Positions 21,776 to 34,512 are shown, numbered from the whole stretch's first letter. The stretch: DNA of 55,782 nucleotides, filler included, from Fonticula-like sp. SCN 57-25 (GCA_001724245.1; 2 parts of 2 records of this genome joined end to end with filler, not necessarily neighbours in it); one strand, 5' to 3'. The notes: generated by a model from the letters alone, not told the origin. Translations and numbers: made by a program.

Positions 21776-22887
21776 TTACGGGTCCCTCGCGATGATCGCC
21801 TCGGTGAGCCACTCGTTTGCAAATCCGAGCACAAACACTGCGCACGTCATCCTGATTGCCCTCGGCACGATGCCCGCAAAGAGCGTCTTTGCGCCGCCCT
21901 CCTCCCACATCTTTGCCATGCCGCTCACCGTGCCAGTGTACTTTGCGGGGATGCCCTTGGCCTTGTCGCCAATGTCGCCCTGCATGCGCGTCTTGAGCGT
22001 GTCGAAAGGCTGAGTCAGCAATGCCGCCATTTGACCGGCGAGCACCGACGCGAGCAGCGCGGCGAGCATCGGCCGCCCTTCAAAGGCGTCGGGGAAGGCC
22101 GACAGCAGAGTGCCCTTGAGCACCGGGCCGGCGCCGAGGTAGCCGCACGTGAAGAGCGACTCGCGGACCATCGTGGGGAAAAGGCCCTTGTAGAAAAGGC
22201 GCGGGCCGTGCGTCGAAAAGAGTGAGCGCGCAGTGGGCACAAGGCCGAGGCCGGTGCGCTGCTGCTGGATCATGAGCAGCTCGGCGGGCGTCGAAACAAG
22301 CGCAGAGGCAGCGCCGGCAATGCCAGACGCAAGAAGCTTCTCGAGAGGGGTGCAGGGGCGAGAGTGGCCGCCAGAGAATACTGATAGAACAACTATGGCG
22401 GAAAGGTCAGAACCAATCGAAAATGGCGCGCAGTAAAGATGTCGTCAAAGAAACAACAAAGAAATCGCATACAAAAACGTCTATCGACACGTAAAAGACT
22501 TGAACGTATAGTACAACAGTTCAACAAACAACACCAATGCAAACGATAAGGCGCAACGGGGCAACAACAACATGTGTTTTACGAGCATCGCGCCAAAACC
22601 GGGCGCACCTCCATTTACTGCAAACTGAACTGCAGTGATGGGCGCGATACTGGACGCGTTGATGAACACGCCGCGATACAAAAACCGCGGGTCAAGCACG
22701 AGTCCGCGCTTCTCCTGCAGGGCATTCTTCCATCCAACAAATGGCTGCGCACAACAAACAGCGGCATGAGCGTCGACAGCATGCATGGAATCGATCGTAC
22801 CTGATTCAACAACACTTCGGCAGTTCCCGCAATCGCGCCAACGCACGCATTCTCACCTGTTGTCAACTGACGCCTCTGGGTCGCCAT
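21776..22887 (-). CDS. Mitochondrial carrier (SLC25), three exons
   Basis: Three carrier repeats with PFVGWKNALQ, PAELLMIQQQ and PFDTLKTRMQ signatures. GT-AG introns at about 22800-22747 and 22608-22381. Confidence 0.92.
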
Positions 22888-23402
22888 CTAGTCCAACGTG
22901 CTAGGAATCACGCGAGGGCAGGCTCGTGCGACGGTCGATCCTGGGATCCGGGCCGACGGTAACGTGGATCCACGTGAGCTCCGGCCACGTGGATATAGGG
23001 TTCAAATCGTTGTCCACGTGGATCTTGGCGGGATGCTGGGGCAGGCCGTCGGCATCTTGACATCTGCTACGAAATAGTCAACAAAAGCCACTACTTTGGG
23101 TATTATATTGGAATGTAAAGGTGCTGCGAGACTTCAAAATGAGAGTCATCTCGGGCATCCTCTTTCGTTGCATAGGATGATATGGGGCGATGTTGCAAGT
23201 GATTCGTGCGTACAAGCCAATGAAGAAAAACGCCACAGAAATACACGTCTTTCTCTATTATCAAAGCTGTAGTGGGCATACTTTTGCATTTAATAAGAAG
23301 AGTTCCACGGCGACGTATGGACCTACTGGTATCCTGGACCTTTCTTCATGTTGTGGCGTAAACTATCAAAATTCCATCCACGTGGCCCCATTTCTTGTCA
23401 AC

Positions 23403-24964
23403 ATGGCGGCGGGCAAGTTTGAGGTCGAGCCGGGCGTGCTCCTTTCGTACCGCGTCTTGGCTGCCGACAAGCGCGCCACGCCCATTATCCTCATCCAGGG
23501 ACTGTACACTATTGCACTTTTGCGTTTAAATTTGCTTATTTGATTCCTAGCTCGGGTGTCAAGGAAGACTGGGGATCCTTTGCGACCCGTACGCTTTCCA
23601 TGTCGATCGTAATGTATGTCTCTGACTCTTTATTTCTTTGCAGATCTCGCCGAGACCCGCCCTGGTGCGCATTTAATTTAACCTCGCATCACTTTGTTGT
23701 CCTCATCGGCGCTTTCCTCCCGCTTTTTCAGTGATTATTTTTGATAACCGCGGGATCGGCGAGAGCAGCGTTCCAGGTGCGCATCCCCTGCGGGTCGATC
23801 GGCTTGTTCTGATGCGAGATGGTCAGATGGGCCGTATAGCATGACGGTGATGGCGCGCGACGCGCTATGCCTGCTGTCGCATATCGGCGTGGGGCGCGTG
23901 CACGTGGCGGGGATCTCGATGGGCGGCATGATCGCGCAGTGGGTCGTCATCGGGCTCGATGACTATAACGCCCAGTCGAAAAGGTCGCCCATTCAAGTTG
24001 AAAGACTTGTGCTCGGATGCACCACGCCAGGAGGCATTTGTGCGTCTTTTTGTTGAATGGTGGAAGTTTTGGCCTGTTATTGGGATTATTTGGCACAATT
24101 TAGCTCCTTTTTGCCACTTTTTGTGTATCTTTTGGCCATTTTTACTTGTTTTTATTATTTTTTCATTCTTTTTCGTGCCATTTTATGCCATTTCACCCAC
24201 TTTTAACTCACCGCTTTTCATTTTAGACTTCCGCGAGAGCCCTCCTCACTCTGACTTTATGGAGGCGATGATGGCCGGCAGCGACATGGACGGCCCCGCC
24301 ACGGACGCCGACAAGCGCCGCATCGTCGAGCGGATCATGACCATCAACATGACGCACGACTATGCTGGCAAGAACCCGGCGATTGTGCAGCGCCTCGTCG
24401 ACGAAAGTATCGCATACAGGCGCTCAACGGAAGGAATCAGTACGAATCTAAGAGAATGGCACATGTGTTGTTGATGTTGCCAATGTTGTTGCAAATTTTA
24501 TCCCTATTGAGAATGTTTTATTTGTGATAATACTTGTTTTCATATTTGTTTTCATATTTGTTTTGTTTCCTTTCCTGTATCGTGCGGTCTAAATTCCGCC
24601 CTTTTCCCTTTGCCATTGTCATTCACCCCTTTTCTTTTCCTTTCTTCACAGTGAATCAGATGATGGCAGTCCAGACGCACGACACTGTCAGCGTGCTGAG
24701 CGCCATTGCGTCGCTCGTGCAGGCGACGCTCGTCGTTCATGGCGACTCTGACCTTGTCGTGCCGCTCGCCAACGGCGTCGCGCTCCACCGCGGCATCGGC
24801 AACAGCGAGCTCTTTGTCATGCCCGGCGTTGGCCACGTGTACGTGATACGGGATGTGATGGCGGGGCTGACCAATTGGAGCGTAGGTTCTGGCAGATGGA
24901 CGGCGGCGAAAGCGCGGGAAAAGTTGCCGCGTTCCTCGGCGGCGACGCGTTGGCAAGGCTCTAA
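23403..24964 (+). CDS. Alpha/beta-hydrolase (Abhydrolase_1 type), eight exons, C-terminal PTS1-like ARL
   Basis: [21 protein letters not shown] nucleophile elbow, VVHGDSD, GVGH. The spliced product ends ...GDALARL*. Confidence 0.88.
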
Positions 24965-25161
24965 GTTTTGTGTGACGGCATCACAGATTACGTGGCCGCA
25001 TTACAGTGCCAAAGGAGCACATACTTGTATAATACATGGCTATAAATGACGCATTTCCAATTGAACAGCATTCAGACAACCACATTACACATCATCTGTT
25101 GTAGCCCTTTACAAAGTCTACACAATATACAGCCTTTTATTGGTACAACATTCCTACACAT

Positions 25162-27720
25162 TTACTTTGTGATAATGGATACGACTCGCTTCTCTCTATT
25201 TACGCGGAACGCCTTGACGTTCCTCTTGCCGACGACCTTTACGGTCTCGCCCGCCTCCCTGATTCTCTTCTCGAGCGCCTCATCATCGAGCTCGTCCATG
25301 TCCTTTTGCGTGACGCTGGTCCCCCCCTTGCCGCGGCCGTCCAGCTGGATGACGAACGGCACGGCGCGGTACCGCAGCACGCGCTCGTCGGCGGCCGGCC
25401 ACCCCGCCTCAAACACGTCGTCGCGGCGGTCGTCGCCGATGGCCGCCCACGCCTCGGCGGAAAAGTGCGGCGCGAACGGCGCGAGCAGGCGGACGAGCGT
25501 CTGCAGCGACGCGCGCACGTCGGCGCTGCCGCGGTCAGGCGCGTCGCAGATGGCGTTCAAAAGCTTCATGAGGTCCGACACGGCCGTGTTGAACGCAAAC
25601 GACGTCGACAGCGCGCTCGTCACGCGCTCCGCCGTCGCGTGCGTCAGCACAGTCAGCGAGGACGGCGTGACGTCGCCGTTGATGACGTCGGGATCGGATC
25701 CGTCGCCGCGCTTGTCAATGTGTTCGCCAATGGCGGCCCACAGCTTGCGGAGGAAGCGCGCGGGGCCGCTGATCGCCTTGTCCTCCCACATGAGCGCGTC
25801 GTCGTACGGCGCCTTGAAGAGGATAAAGAGGCGCAGCGTGTCGGCGCCGTGCTCGTCGACGACCTGCTGCGGGTCCGTCCCATTGTGCTTTGACTTGCTC
25901 ATCTTTTCAAACGAGACGGCGGGCGCCTTGCCCGTCGCGATCTCGACGCCGGTCGCGCTGTCAATCTCGTGCGGCTTGAGGTACGCGCAGCTGACGGAGC
26001 TCTTGGCGGTGCGCCCGAGCACGAGCCCCTGCGCGAGCAGCCGCTTGAACGGCTCGCCGGCCTTGGCGGGCAGCACGCCGTCATCGCGAAGGAACTTTGC
26101 TGTGAAGCGCGCGTACAAAAGGTGCAGGATGGCGTGCTCGACGCCGCCAATGTAATAGTCGACGGGCAGCCAACGCTCGGCCGCGTCGCGAGACACGAGC
26201 GCCGACGAATTGCGCGCGTCGGCGTACCGCGCATAGTACCACGCAGAGTCGACAAAGGTGTCCATCGTGTCGGTCTCGCGCGTCGCGGGGCCGCCGCAGC
26301 GCGGGCAAGTACACTTTAGCCAGTCGTGCGCATGGCGCAGCGGCGAATCGCCCTTGCCAGTGAACGGGACGCCTACTGGGAGCAGTACAGGAAGGTCCGA
26401 GGCAAGGACGGGAACAGTGCCGCACGCGCCCGCACAGTGCACGACGGGAATTGGACAGCCCCAGTAGCGCTGGCGCGAGACTAGCCAATCACGGAGGCGG
26501 AAGGGTGTCGAGGCGCGGTCGCCGAGCGCAGTCAGCATCTCGTGGTCGTCGCGCTCCGCCGCGTCAACGGCGGCAATGCCGTTCGCTTGCGCAAACCAAT
26601 CAGCGCGCGCGCACGCGCCCGGCGCGTAGATATGCGCGCGCAGATTCGAGCCGTCGGCACCCACGTGGGAGGCGACCCACACGGGAAGCGCGCGCGCCAC
26701 ACCCGGCACGCGCGCCACGACGCCTGGCAGCACCACGCCCGACGCATCCTTCTCATTGGGTACCGCGTGGTCTTTCAGCCAGGTTGCGACATGCTTGTGG
26801 CGCCGCGCGGCCTGCGTCGCGAGCGGGTGGTCGGGCGCGACGGCCACAAACGCAGCACGCGGCAGCGCACCCGCCCGCTCCACGTAAGCGTCCATGGCGT
26901 CAATTGTAATATCGTCACCGTCGCCGCTCGTGACGTCAATGCGGACATTGGTGCCGGGGTGCCTGATCCACGCTGCCTGCATCGTTTTCACGTTTTCCGG
27001 CCACTCGAGGCCCCCGACGCCGTCGAGCAGCTCCTGCTGGTACGCGGTCGTGCGCACAAACCACTGCTTGAGCAGGCGACGCTCAACAAGCGCGCCGCTG
27101 CGCCACGAGCGGCCCTGCTCGTCCACCTGCTCGTCCGCGAGCACCGTCTTGTCCACGGGATCCCAGTTCACCTCGGCCTCGGCCTGGTATGCTAGGCCGC
27201 GCTCCAGCAGGCGAACAAAGATCCACTGCGTCCACGCGTAATACGATCCGTCACACGTCACAACCTCATTGTCCCAGTCGTACGACAGACCAAGCCGACG
27301 CAGCTGGCCACGCATGTACGACATGTTGGACTCTGTCCAGGCAGCCGGTTCGACGCCGCGCTCGATCGCCGCATTCTCGGCGGGAAGGCCAAATGCATCA
27401 AACCCCATGGGATGAAGAACGTCATCGCCGCGCATCCGATGAAAGCGGGCAAGAAGATCGCCGATGGTGTACACGCGCACATGGCCCATGTGAAGCGCGC
27501 CCGACGGGTAGGGGAACATGGACAGCACGTACGACTTTGGCGCGGACGGCCGCGGCGCGACCGGCGACGTCGACCACCGCGACTGCCAACGGCGCTCCAC
27601 GTCAGAGTGGTCATACGTAGACGACCATGAAGATGAGAGCGACCGCGCGAGCACCGCCACAAGGGAACCGCGCGACGAGGCGGCTGGTCGCCCCACCACC
27701 GCGCATCCCCGCCGCAGCAT
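25162..27720 (-). CDS. LARS2: Leucyl-tRNA synthetase, bacterial type, mitochondrial
   Basis: [55 protein letters not shown]; Arg/Ser-rich presequence. Confidence 0.96.
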   Translation of the reverse strand: MLRRGCAVVGRPAASSRGSLVAVLARSLSSSWSSTYDHSDVERRWQSRWSTSPVAPRPSAPKSYVLSMFPYPSGALHMGHVRVYTIGDLLARFHRMRGDDVLHPMGFDAFGLPAENAAIERGVEPAAWTESNMSYMRGQLRRLGLSYDWDNEVVTCDGSYYAWTQWIFVRLLERGLAYQAEAEVNWDPVDKTVLADEQVDEQGRSWRSGALVERRLLKQWFVRTTAYQQELLDGVGGLEWPENVKTMQAAWIRHPGTNVRIDVTSGDGDDITIDAMDAYVERAGALPRAAFVAVAPDHPLATQAARRHKHVATWLKDHAVPNEKDASGVVLPGVVARVPGVARALPVWVASHVGADGSNLRAHIYAPGACARADWFAQANGIAAVDAAERDDHEMLTALGDRASTPFRLRDWLVSRQRYWGCPIPVVHCAGACGTVPVLASDLPVLLPVGVPFTGKGDSPLRHAHDWLKCTCPRCGGPATRETDTMDTFVDSAWYYARYADARNSSALVSRDAAERWLPVDYYIGGVEHAILHLLYARFTAKFLRDDGVLPAKAGEPFKRLLAQGLVLGRTAKSSVSCAYLKPHEIDSATGVEIATGKAPAVSFEKMSKSKHNGTDPQQVVDEHGADTLRLFILFKAPYDDALMWEDKAISGPARFLRKLWAAIGEHIDKRGDGSDPDVINGDVTPSSLTVLTHATAERVTSALSTSFAFNTAVSDLMKLLNAICDAPDRGSADVRASLQTLVRLLAPFAPHFSAEAWAAIGDDRRDDVFEAGWPAADERVLRYRAVPFVIQLDGRGKGGTSVTQKDMDELDDEALEKRIREAGETVKVVGKRNVKAFRVNREKRVVSIITK

Positions 27721-27937
27721 GATGTTTCAGTGCACGGCCACGTGATCCACTTGGTTGATTTGCATGGTCAGCATTTGGGCGCAGCGTCATCTGAGCCGTC
27801 ATTGCATCTATTGGCATCTGGCGGGCCTCTGCATGCTTGGCTAGTATGTGAAAGAGCAGCATGCTGCTATTGTTGCAACGATATTGGCGCAATGTTCTAG
27901 TCTAGTGATCCGTTCAACATGCGCTTCGAGCTCACAT

Positions 27938-28037
27938 NNNNNNNNNNNNNNNNNNNNNNNNNNNNNNNNNNNNNNNNNNNNTTAATTAATTAANNNNNNN
28001 NNNNNNNNNNNNNNNNNNNNNNNNNNNNNNNNNNNNN
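27938..28037. other. Artificial assembly spacer N44-TTAATTAATTAA-N44
   Basis: Exactly 100 nt with a central six-frame-stop linker. Confidence 0.95.
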
Positions 28038-28524
28038 GAGCTCTGCAACAAGAGATACAAAAAGGTCACCGAGTACGATGCGCATTTGGGCTCGTACGAC
28101 CACGGCCACACAAAGGTGCGTCCCTTTTTTGATGCCTTTTTGCGTGTTTCTTTACGTTTCATTCTCACTTTCTGTCTCTCTAGAGGTTAAAAGAGATGCG
28201 CGAGGCGGAGAGCGCGCGCAACCGGTCCAAGGAGGAGGAGCAGCGCAAGAAGGAGCAGCTGCGCGAGCAGCGCTCACTGAACGAGCAGGTGCAGCGGACG
28301 GCCGCCGCCGCCGCCCAGTCGCTTGCGCCGAGCGCCGCGGTGGCGTCGGCCGTGCCCGACACACCGCGGCAGTCGATATCTTTCGGGATTAAAAAGGCAC
28401 CGCCCGCCGCCGCCGCACCGGTGCGCACAGTCAGGGGCAGACTCTGGGTGCTAATTAAGGCGTGGCTTTACAGAAAGTGCTTAAGAGACCGGCGCTCTTT
28501 GACGACGACGACGACGACACATAG
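28038..28524 (+). CDS. GPATCH8/ZNF804-like C2H2 zinc-finger protein, 5'-truncated by the gap; introns 28116-28183 and about 28421-28473
   Basis: ELCNKRYKKVTEYDAHLGSYDHGHTK/RLKEMRE matches the GPATCH8-type finger; ends PALFDDDDDDT*. Confidence 0.8.
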
Positions 28525-28708
28525 CATCGGGACGTTATTTCGATTTGATTTATGACAGCATTTGTAAACATAGACGGCGCATTCAGAAGACCGGACACGC
28601 ACAGTACAAACGAAAAATGAGAGCAAAGAAACAGCAACATAAGCAGCGCGCGGCCGCGCATGTAACACGATTCCATAAGAATTTAGCATGAAAACAGTAT
28701 TCGCGGGC

Positions 28709-29504
28709 CTACACCATCATCTCGCGCTGCAGCTCGGCGAGCTCGTCCTCCTCCTGCTCTGCGAGCGTCTTTTGCTTGGCCTTGCCCGCGGACGCCTTGC
28801 CGGCGATAATCGGCTCGTGCGTTGGCGCGGTCGGGAGCGAGACCGTCGGCTCAACGTCCAGGAGCTCCTGCGCCAACCCTTCATTCTCGAGGTCGTCGAG
28901 CTCCTGCATCAAGTCGTCCTCGTCAATGTATTGTGAATCGAAAGGCCTTGTGAGCGCAGCGGAAAGGTCCTGGGCAACGCTCATCTGCTCCTGGATCTCG
29001 TCCATTGTGTCCTCCACCTTGACCGAGTCACTAAGCGGAAAGCCGCATGTCAGCACGAGTACGGGGGGAGAATGCGGGGTCGTACAGGCCGCCGTGCAAA
29101 GTCTTGAGCGTCGACGCGCCAGCAAGCATACTGTCGAGCACCTCCCTGTTCATGCTCGCGGCCTCAATTTGTCCAAGCTGTGTCTCCAAATTAAAGCGCA
29201 TCTGCTCGACCTGCAGCAGCTGCGACTCGATCGCCTTCTTGCGCTTGAGGGCTTGCAGAGCAACTGCAAAGCGGGACGCGGGCATGTCAGCGCCGCAAAC
29301 AGCATAGAACGAGCAGCAAAACGTACCGGTCTTATTCTTCTGAGCGTTCTCCTTGGCGACGCGCAGCTCCTTGTCCATCCGCGCGGTGAGCATCGCCTCG
29401 CGCTTGCCGAGCATCTCGAGCGTCTCCTTCATCTTGAGCACGCCATTCTTGACATTCTCCTCCTTCTTTGCCGGTGCGCTCTTTGACGCACCAAAGAAAC
29501 GCAT
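28709..29504 (-). CDS. SNF7: ESCRT-III Snf7/Vps32/CHMP4, three exons
   Basis: LKMKETLEMLGKRE, KNKT/VALQALKRKK, LETQLGQIEAA, KVEDTMDEIQEQ, IDEDDLMQELDDLE, EEDELAELQREM. Confidence 0.93.
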
Positions 29505-29947
29505 ATCCTTTGCTAACGCTCGCGCGAGTCCCGAGTAGCTGTACCTTGATGAAAGCTGCGGTCAATGGCGGCGATGCCGAGCTGATCGCGTACACACGCC
29601 CTGTTTGGTCGGGGGAACCACACAAGCACTGTGCACAACACTGCGCACAATAGTGGCACAGCCCTGTTTCCCGGATAAGCCGCAATATTGCCTTTTTTGG
29701 AAGGAGCCAAAGTTAGTATCACTGAGTCACCAAGTATCAGCAGGAAGCGGGCGGACTGGACCCGCGGACGCGTGCGACGCGCATCTCGTCGGTAGACGTC
29801 GTTCCTCGCTCGTTTGAAGGCTTTTTTTCAGCGGATAATTTAGCGCACCGAGCGAGCTATTCCTGAGAAGACGAGGGTGGCGCTTGGTGGCTGGCTCGAT
29901 TTTGCGGTCGCTTGTGAAACGGGAGGTTTGTAATCCCCGTGGCGAGG

Positions 29948-32123
29948 ATGGCCGCCGGTTCGTCTCTCGGGCTCGTAGGCTCGACGAGCAGCCGGGACCT
30001 TTTAATTGACCAGCATAGCATTACCTCTGAGAATGACATAGATATGGAGGTGTTTGGCGGCGACTCTAGTTTTGGGTTGTCGCCAAAGATCAAGTCGCAG
30101 GCGGCTGTTGTCGATGAGGCAACGGCCGACGTCAAGCTGCACTGGTTCAAGCGGATGATCCAGTACCTCGCGGACACGAATAGGCCGCTTTCCAAGGAAA
30201 AGGTAAGAAAGTATGCCGCGTTTCTGCCGACCTTTCGCTATTGGCAGCTGTTGTGGTTCTTCCCCTACATCGTCGTCACGGGCATCGTGCCAATCACCCT
30301 GTACTCGCTCCCTCTGCAGCCGTACACGGCGGGCTTTTACGAAAACTGGCTCTTTGCCTTTGTCGTTGTTCCGTTGACGACCTTTTTCGGCTTTTTCATG
30401 GTTCGGTACGCGCCGCCGCCTGTCGCGGATCGTCGCTGACTCCCCTTGACAGCCCCTTTCTCGTCATGCATCAGCCGCAGTACGAGTTTAATGCGCACTT
30501 TCTGGTCTCGCCACTGGTGGGCGCCGCAATGTCGGTGCTCTTTTCGTCGTTGATGGGCCACTTTGGCGTGTTCCCCGCGCCGCTCGGCGCCTACACGATC
30601 GTGCTCCCGGGCGTCGTCACAACGTCAATCTGCGAGTTTTTTCTCCTGCAGTCAAAGTACCGCGAGACGCTCCCCCAGCTAAAGATTTTCGCGTGCATCC
30701 TGCTTACCGAGGCCGCATTCATCAACTTTAACACGGTTTACGTGCTTTACCGCGTCCTGTCGATGCAGATGGACCCCAGCTCCCAGGCCATCTTTGCCTG
30801 CCTCCTCCCCGTCATCAAGTTTACCCTCATTGTACGCGAAATTTTGCAGCTTTTCTTTTTGCTTTCACCTTGGCTGTCCTTCCGCTCTTTTGCTTCACTT
30901 TTGCCTTTGTTCTCACTGTTGTTTTACAGCAAATCCTGCGTCCGCTTGTCGAGTACGTCGACCGCTCCCTGCTGCCCGCCTCAGCGTACTTTGTCGAGCT
31001 TTACCACACGCTCTTTTACGCTGTCCTGTTCACGGACTCGCCGAGCCCCGTGACGTTTGTTGTGATGATTGTCGGCGACATTGTGCCGTGGCTTCTTTTC
31101 CTTTTCCGCGTGAACCGCTCCCGCTCGGACCGCCACTGGGACGAGGCGATTGACGAGGGCGCCTTTGCGCACGGCAAGGAGCGCCCGGCGATGGCCGCCG
31201 GCCTGGACCTCCCGTCGGCGCGCGTCGTCAAGCCGCGCGCGGGCAAGTCGCAGCGCAAGTCAAAGCACGTGGACGCGTCGCCCGACGATGATGTTGATGT
31301 CGCACGCGGCAGCAGCATCGACGGCATCTCGCTGGCGTCGATTTCCGCTCCGCCGTCGCCCATGTTCCCGGCCGTGAGCCTCGACGCTGCAGCTGCGGAG
31401 AAGGGCATTTCGAACCCGATCACGGCCGCGATGGCGTCGGCGCCGAATCTGTTTCCCGACCTGACGACGCGGCGGAGCGGCGTACAGCGGCCCGTGGTGC
31501 TGCAGGGCGGCGCGTCGGCGGTGTCGGTGCCGTCCAAGAGCGGCACGCCGGCCGAGCTGCCGCCGCTCGTGTCGGAGAATGGCACAGAGTGGACCGAAAG
31601 CAGAGCGGCGCGCGCCGCGGCCGACCCGACGCTGACGTACGCGTACGCGGGCGTGTTTGAGACAATAGAGACGGAGGACAGCTCGCCGCAGCCCGACCAG
31701 GCGCACCTCGTGCACCTCATGCAGCCGCGCGAGCGGCGCGTGCTCTTTGTCACGTCGCACGCGTTCGTCAGCTTTGTGCTCCAGACAATGGTCCCCGTGC
31801 AGGTCATGGTATTTTTCGCCATCATCTACAACTTTGCCGACCGGTCAAACTTTTTCTTTGTCGAGGACATGGACGATCAAAGCTACAACCTCGCCCTGAT
31901 CTACAACGGCGTCCTCATCGGCGTGCACCTCCTCATCGCAGCGGCAACGCTGCCGCTCATCTATGCAAGGCTTAGGGTCAACTTTTTTGCCTACGGAGTC
32001 TTCTTTTTCAAGGAGCACCTCACGTACTTTATGACCGCGCACATCACAGTACTCACCATCGTGTTTGGCCTATCGCTTAAGCACTATGGCGACGACTTTA
32101 CCTTCCAGTTCGATTGGCTCTGA
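29948..32123 (+). CDS. Multi-pass membrane protein of unknown function with a large low-complexity loop; two introns
   Basis: About 10 hydrophobic segments across three exons joined by GTACGC...AG introns (about 30406-30452 and 30832-30929). Confidence 0.7.
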
Positions 32124-32376
32124 GCAACCTCTCGGGTCCCTTTTCTGCATTGTATCATTACTTAAAGTGTACTCTATAAATTCTATTGTCGATCGTCGAA
32201 TGTTGAATATATGCATGATTGCTACAATTGACACGCCACATTGCCTCACAGATTGCGTATTGATGAACTGATATAAATATTATTGCTTTACTCGGCAGCA
32301 GAATACTAAACTCAAAAACTGATCACAAATGATGCTAGTCTATCGTGTCGGCGCGCGTGCCGGGCGGCGGTGCCGA

Positions 32377-34097
32377 TTAGTGGGGGTTGAGGAAGAGGAG
32401 CTCCATCGGCGGATCGCCTTTGGTCATATAACGCTCAAAGAGGTTGAAGACCCACGAGCTCTTGAGGCTGTTATCAAATGGGTATGCGACGCCCAGGCGC
32501 TTGGCGACTATGAGGCCGGAGCACAGGGCCGCCTCGTGGAAGTTGATGGACACGTCGTTGCCGCAGTAGTGGATGCGGTCGGTGCCGTTGAATTTGTGGG
32601 CGGCAATGCCGGCGCCAAACATGGAAAGGCCCTGGCGCACGTGACGGAAGCGATGGACGTCGATGATCTTGTCCTCGCGCGGGTACACGACGCCCTGGAA
32701 CTTTTCGGCGTTGGCGTAGGTCAGGAGCGGCAGAGCGACCTGGTGGTTCGGGACGTCAAGGTCAAAGCGCGGCACATACGTCGTGGCGCCGCGAACGTAG
32801 TCGCCAAAGTCGGAACCGAGGTAGCGGTAGTTGAAAACCTGGTAGTCGTACGAGCCATCGGGGCGGCGGAGGTTGGGCGAAAGCACTTCGGGGTCGTTGT
32901 GCACAAACACGTCCATGTCCTCGTACTGGATCATGTTAAAGGCACCCTTTTCAGCGTCCGACGCCGAGTCGCCGAGCATCTTGAGCGCAGAGTCCTTGAG
33001 CACAGAAATGACAACCTCATCAAAGCGTTCCGTCGTGGTGACGCCGTTGCGCACGGTTGCGATCTCGACGCCCTGGGCCTTGTCCGCGAGGCGCTTGATT
33101 GACAGGACGCGCGTCTCCGTCTTTGCAATGTCGCCGAGGTGGGCCGCCATCTTGTCAGTGTATGACTGCATACCGCCCTTGAGGCGGCGGCCGTAGCTGC
33201 CGTTGTTGAAGTTGAGCGCACCGCCGCCAAAATAGAGATGGAGGAGAGCAAGCGGCACGCTGAGCAGGCCGTTGCGCGTGATGGCAAAGGTGAGCAGCAT
33301 CGGGATCACCGACTGCTGCACAAACTCGTCCGAAAAGCCGTTTGCCTTAATCCACTGGCCAGCAGTGGTTCCAAACATCTCTTTTTCAACTCCAATATCC
33401 TTGAGGTTGGACAGCTCGAGCATAAAGCGGTTTGACTCTTCGCGGAACTTGCTACGAAGCGGCAGGCCAGTCACCACGTTTGACCACGTTGTTTCCTGCC
33501 CGCCGGCGCCCATGAAGGTGCCGGTCATGCCAACGCGGACCACCTCGCTCTCCACGTTGAACTCGGGCAGCGAGAGCAGCTGGTACAGGTTGGGGTAAAA
33601 GTTTTCCTCGGTGAAGACGACGCCCGTATCGACCGCAACCTCGTTGCCTAAAAATAGCCGCATTAGCAGATAGCAGCCAGGAAATTCGGAGTAGTCGTAC
33701 CGTAAGGGTCCTTGGCGTGAACAGTGCGCACTGCGCCGCCGAGCGACTTTTCGGCCTCAAACAGCGTCACGTTGTAGCGCGAGTCCTTCTTGAGCTGGTA
33801 GGCGCACGCCAGGCCAGAGATGCCGCCGCCGATGATGGCGACCTTCTTCGTCTCGCCGGCAGCCGGACCGGAGCCCTTCTCGATCGGCGTCATCTTTTGG
33901 CTGAGTTTTGCCAGCACCTCGTGCAGCTGAACAGGCGGCCTCGGAGTCCGCTGGGCCTTGGGCAACGCCACCTCCTTGAGGAAGGCAGCCACTTCGCTGC
34001 TGGTGGTTGAAAGAGCACGCGCGACGAGGGGGACACCCGCGCCAGCACGGTTGCCGAGCATCAGGCCGTGCTTGTTGAGAATCGCCTTGCTCAGCAT
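32377..34097 (-). CDS. FAD/NAD-binding amine-oxidase-like protein (COG2907-like) with a mitochondrial-type presequence; one intron
   Basis: IIGGGISGLACA, LFEAEKSLGG, VDTG...YPNL, YCGN...FHEAALCSG. Confidence 0.82.
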
Positions 34098-34158
34098 CGT
34101 CGGGAAAGGTTGAGACGGCGGCAGAGCAGGACGATGGGGGAAATTTGCACCACGGCGC

Positions 34159-34165
34159 TTTTATA
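34159..34165 (-). promoter_or_regulatory. TATA box of the flavoprotein gene
   Basis: TATAAAA on the minus strand about 60 nt upstream of the ATG at 34097, with CCAAT boxes further upstream. Confidence 0.5.
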
Positions 34166-34512
34166 GGGGGGCAACAGGCAGGGGCGACGCGCCATTGGTC
34201 TGCCATGCAGACACCTTCCTAATCGGTTCGAATCGGGCTATAATTGGTAACAATCCAAAGTCAGTAAAAAAAATTTCGTTGTCCCGGCGGACAAAAAAAA
34301 TATTATTTCCGATTGCCCAAAAATGGTATCATTCAGTGACCCATGACTGCACCTATGCGGCCGCTCGAAACTGCCAATGAGCTCCCACACAACACCGCGC
34401 AGTATGCCGAAACGTTCGGCGCGTAGTAGATGGGAATCGGCTATCGAGCTTCGGATGCAAAACTGCTGATCGCATCCACATGGCCACACTATTTTGCTGA
34501 CTGTTGGTTGTG

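Noticed and set aside
22940-23030. Possible tRNA around GGTTCAAATC (also at 34225)
   Set aside because: The T-stem does not pair, and no acceptor, D or anticodon arms can be formed.
27982-27993. TTAATTAATTAA as a biological palindrome or piggyBac target
   Set aside because: It is centred in symmetric N runs and is a standard six-frame-stop linker.
29503-29560. Perfect U12-like donor ATATCCTTT on the + strand
   Set aside because: It is the antisense of the Snf7 start-codon region. No + strand exon precedes it, and only a weak CCTTGAT lies about 40 nt away with no suitable AC end.
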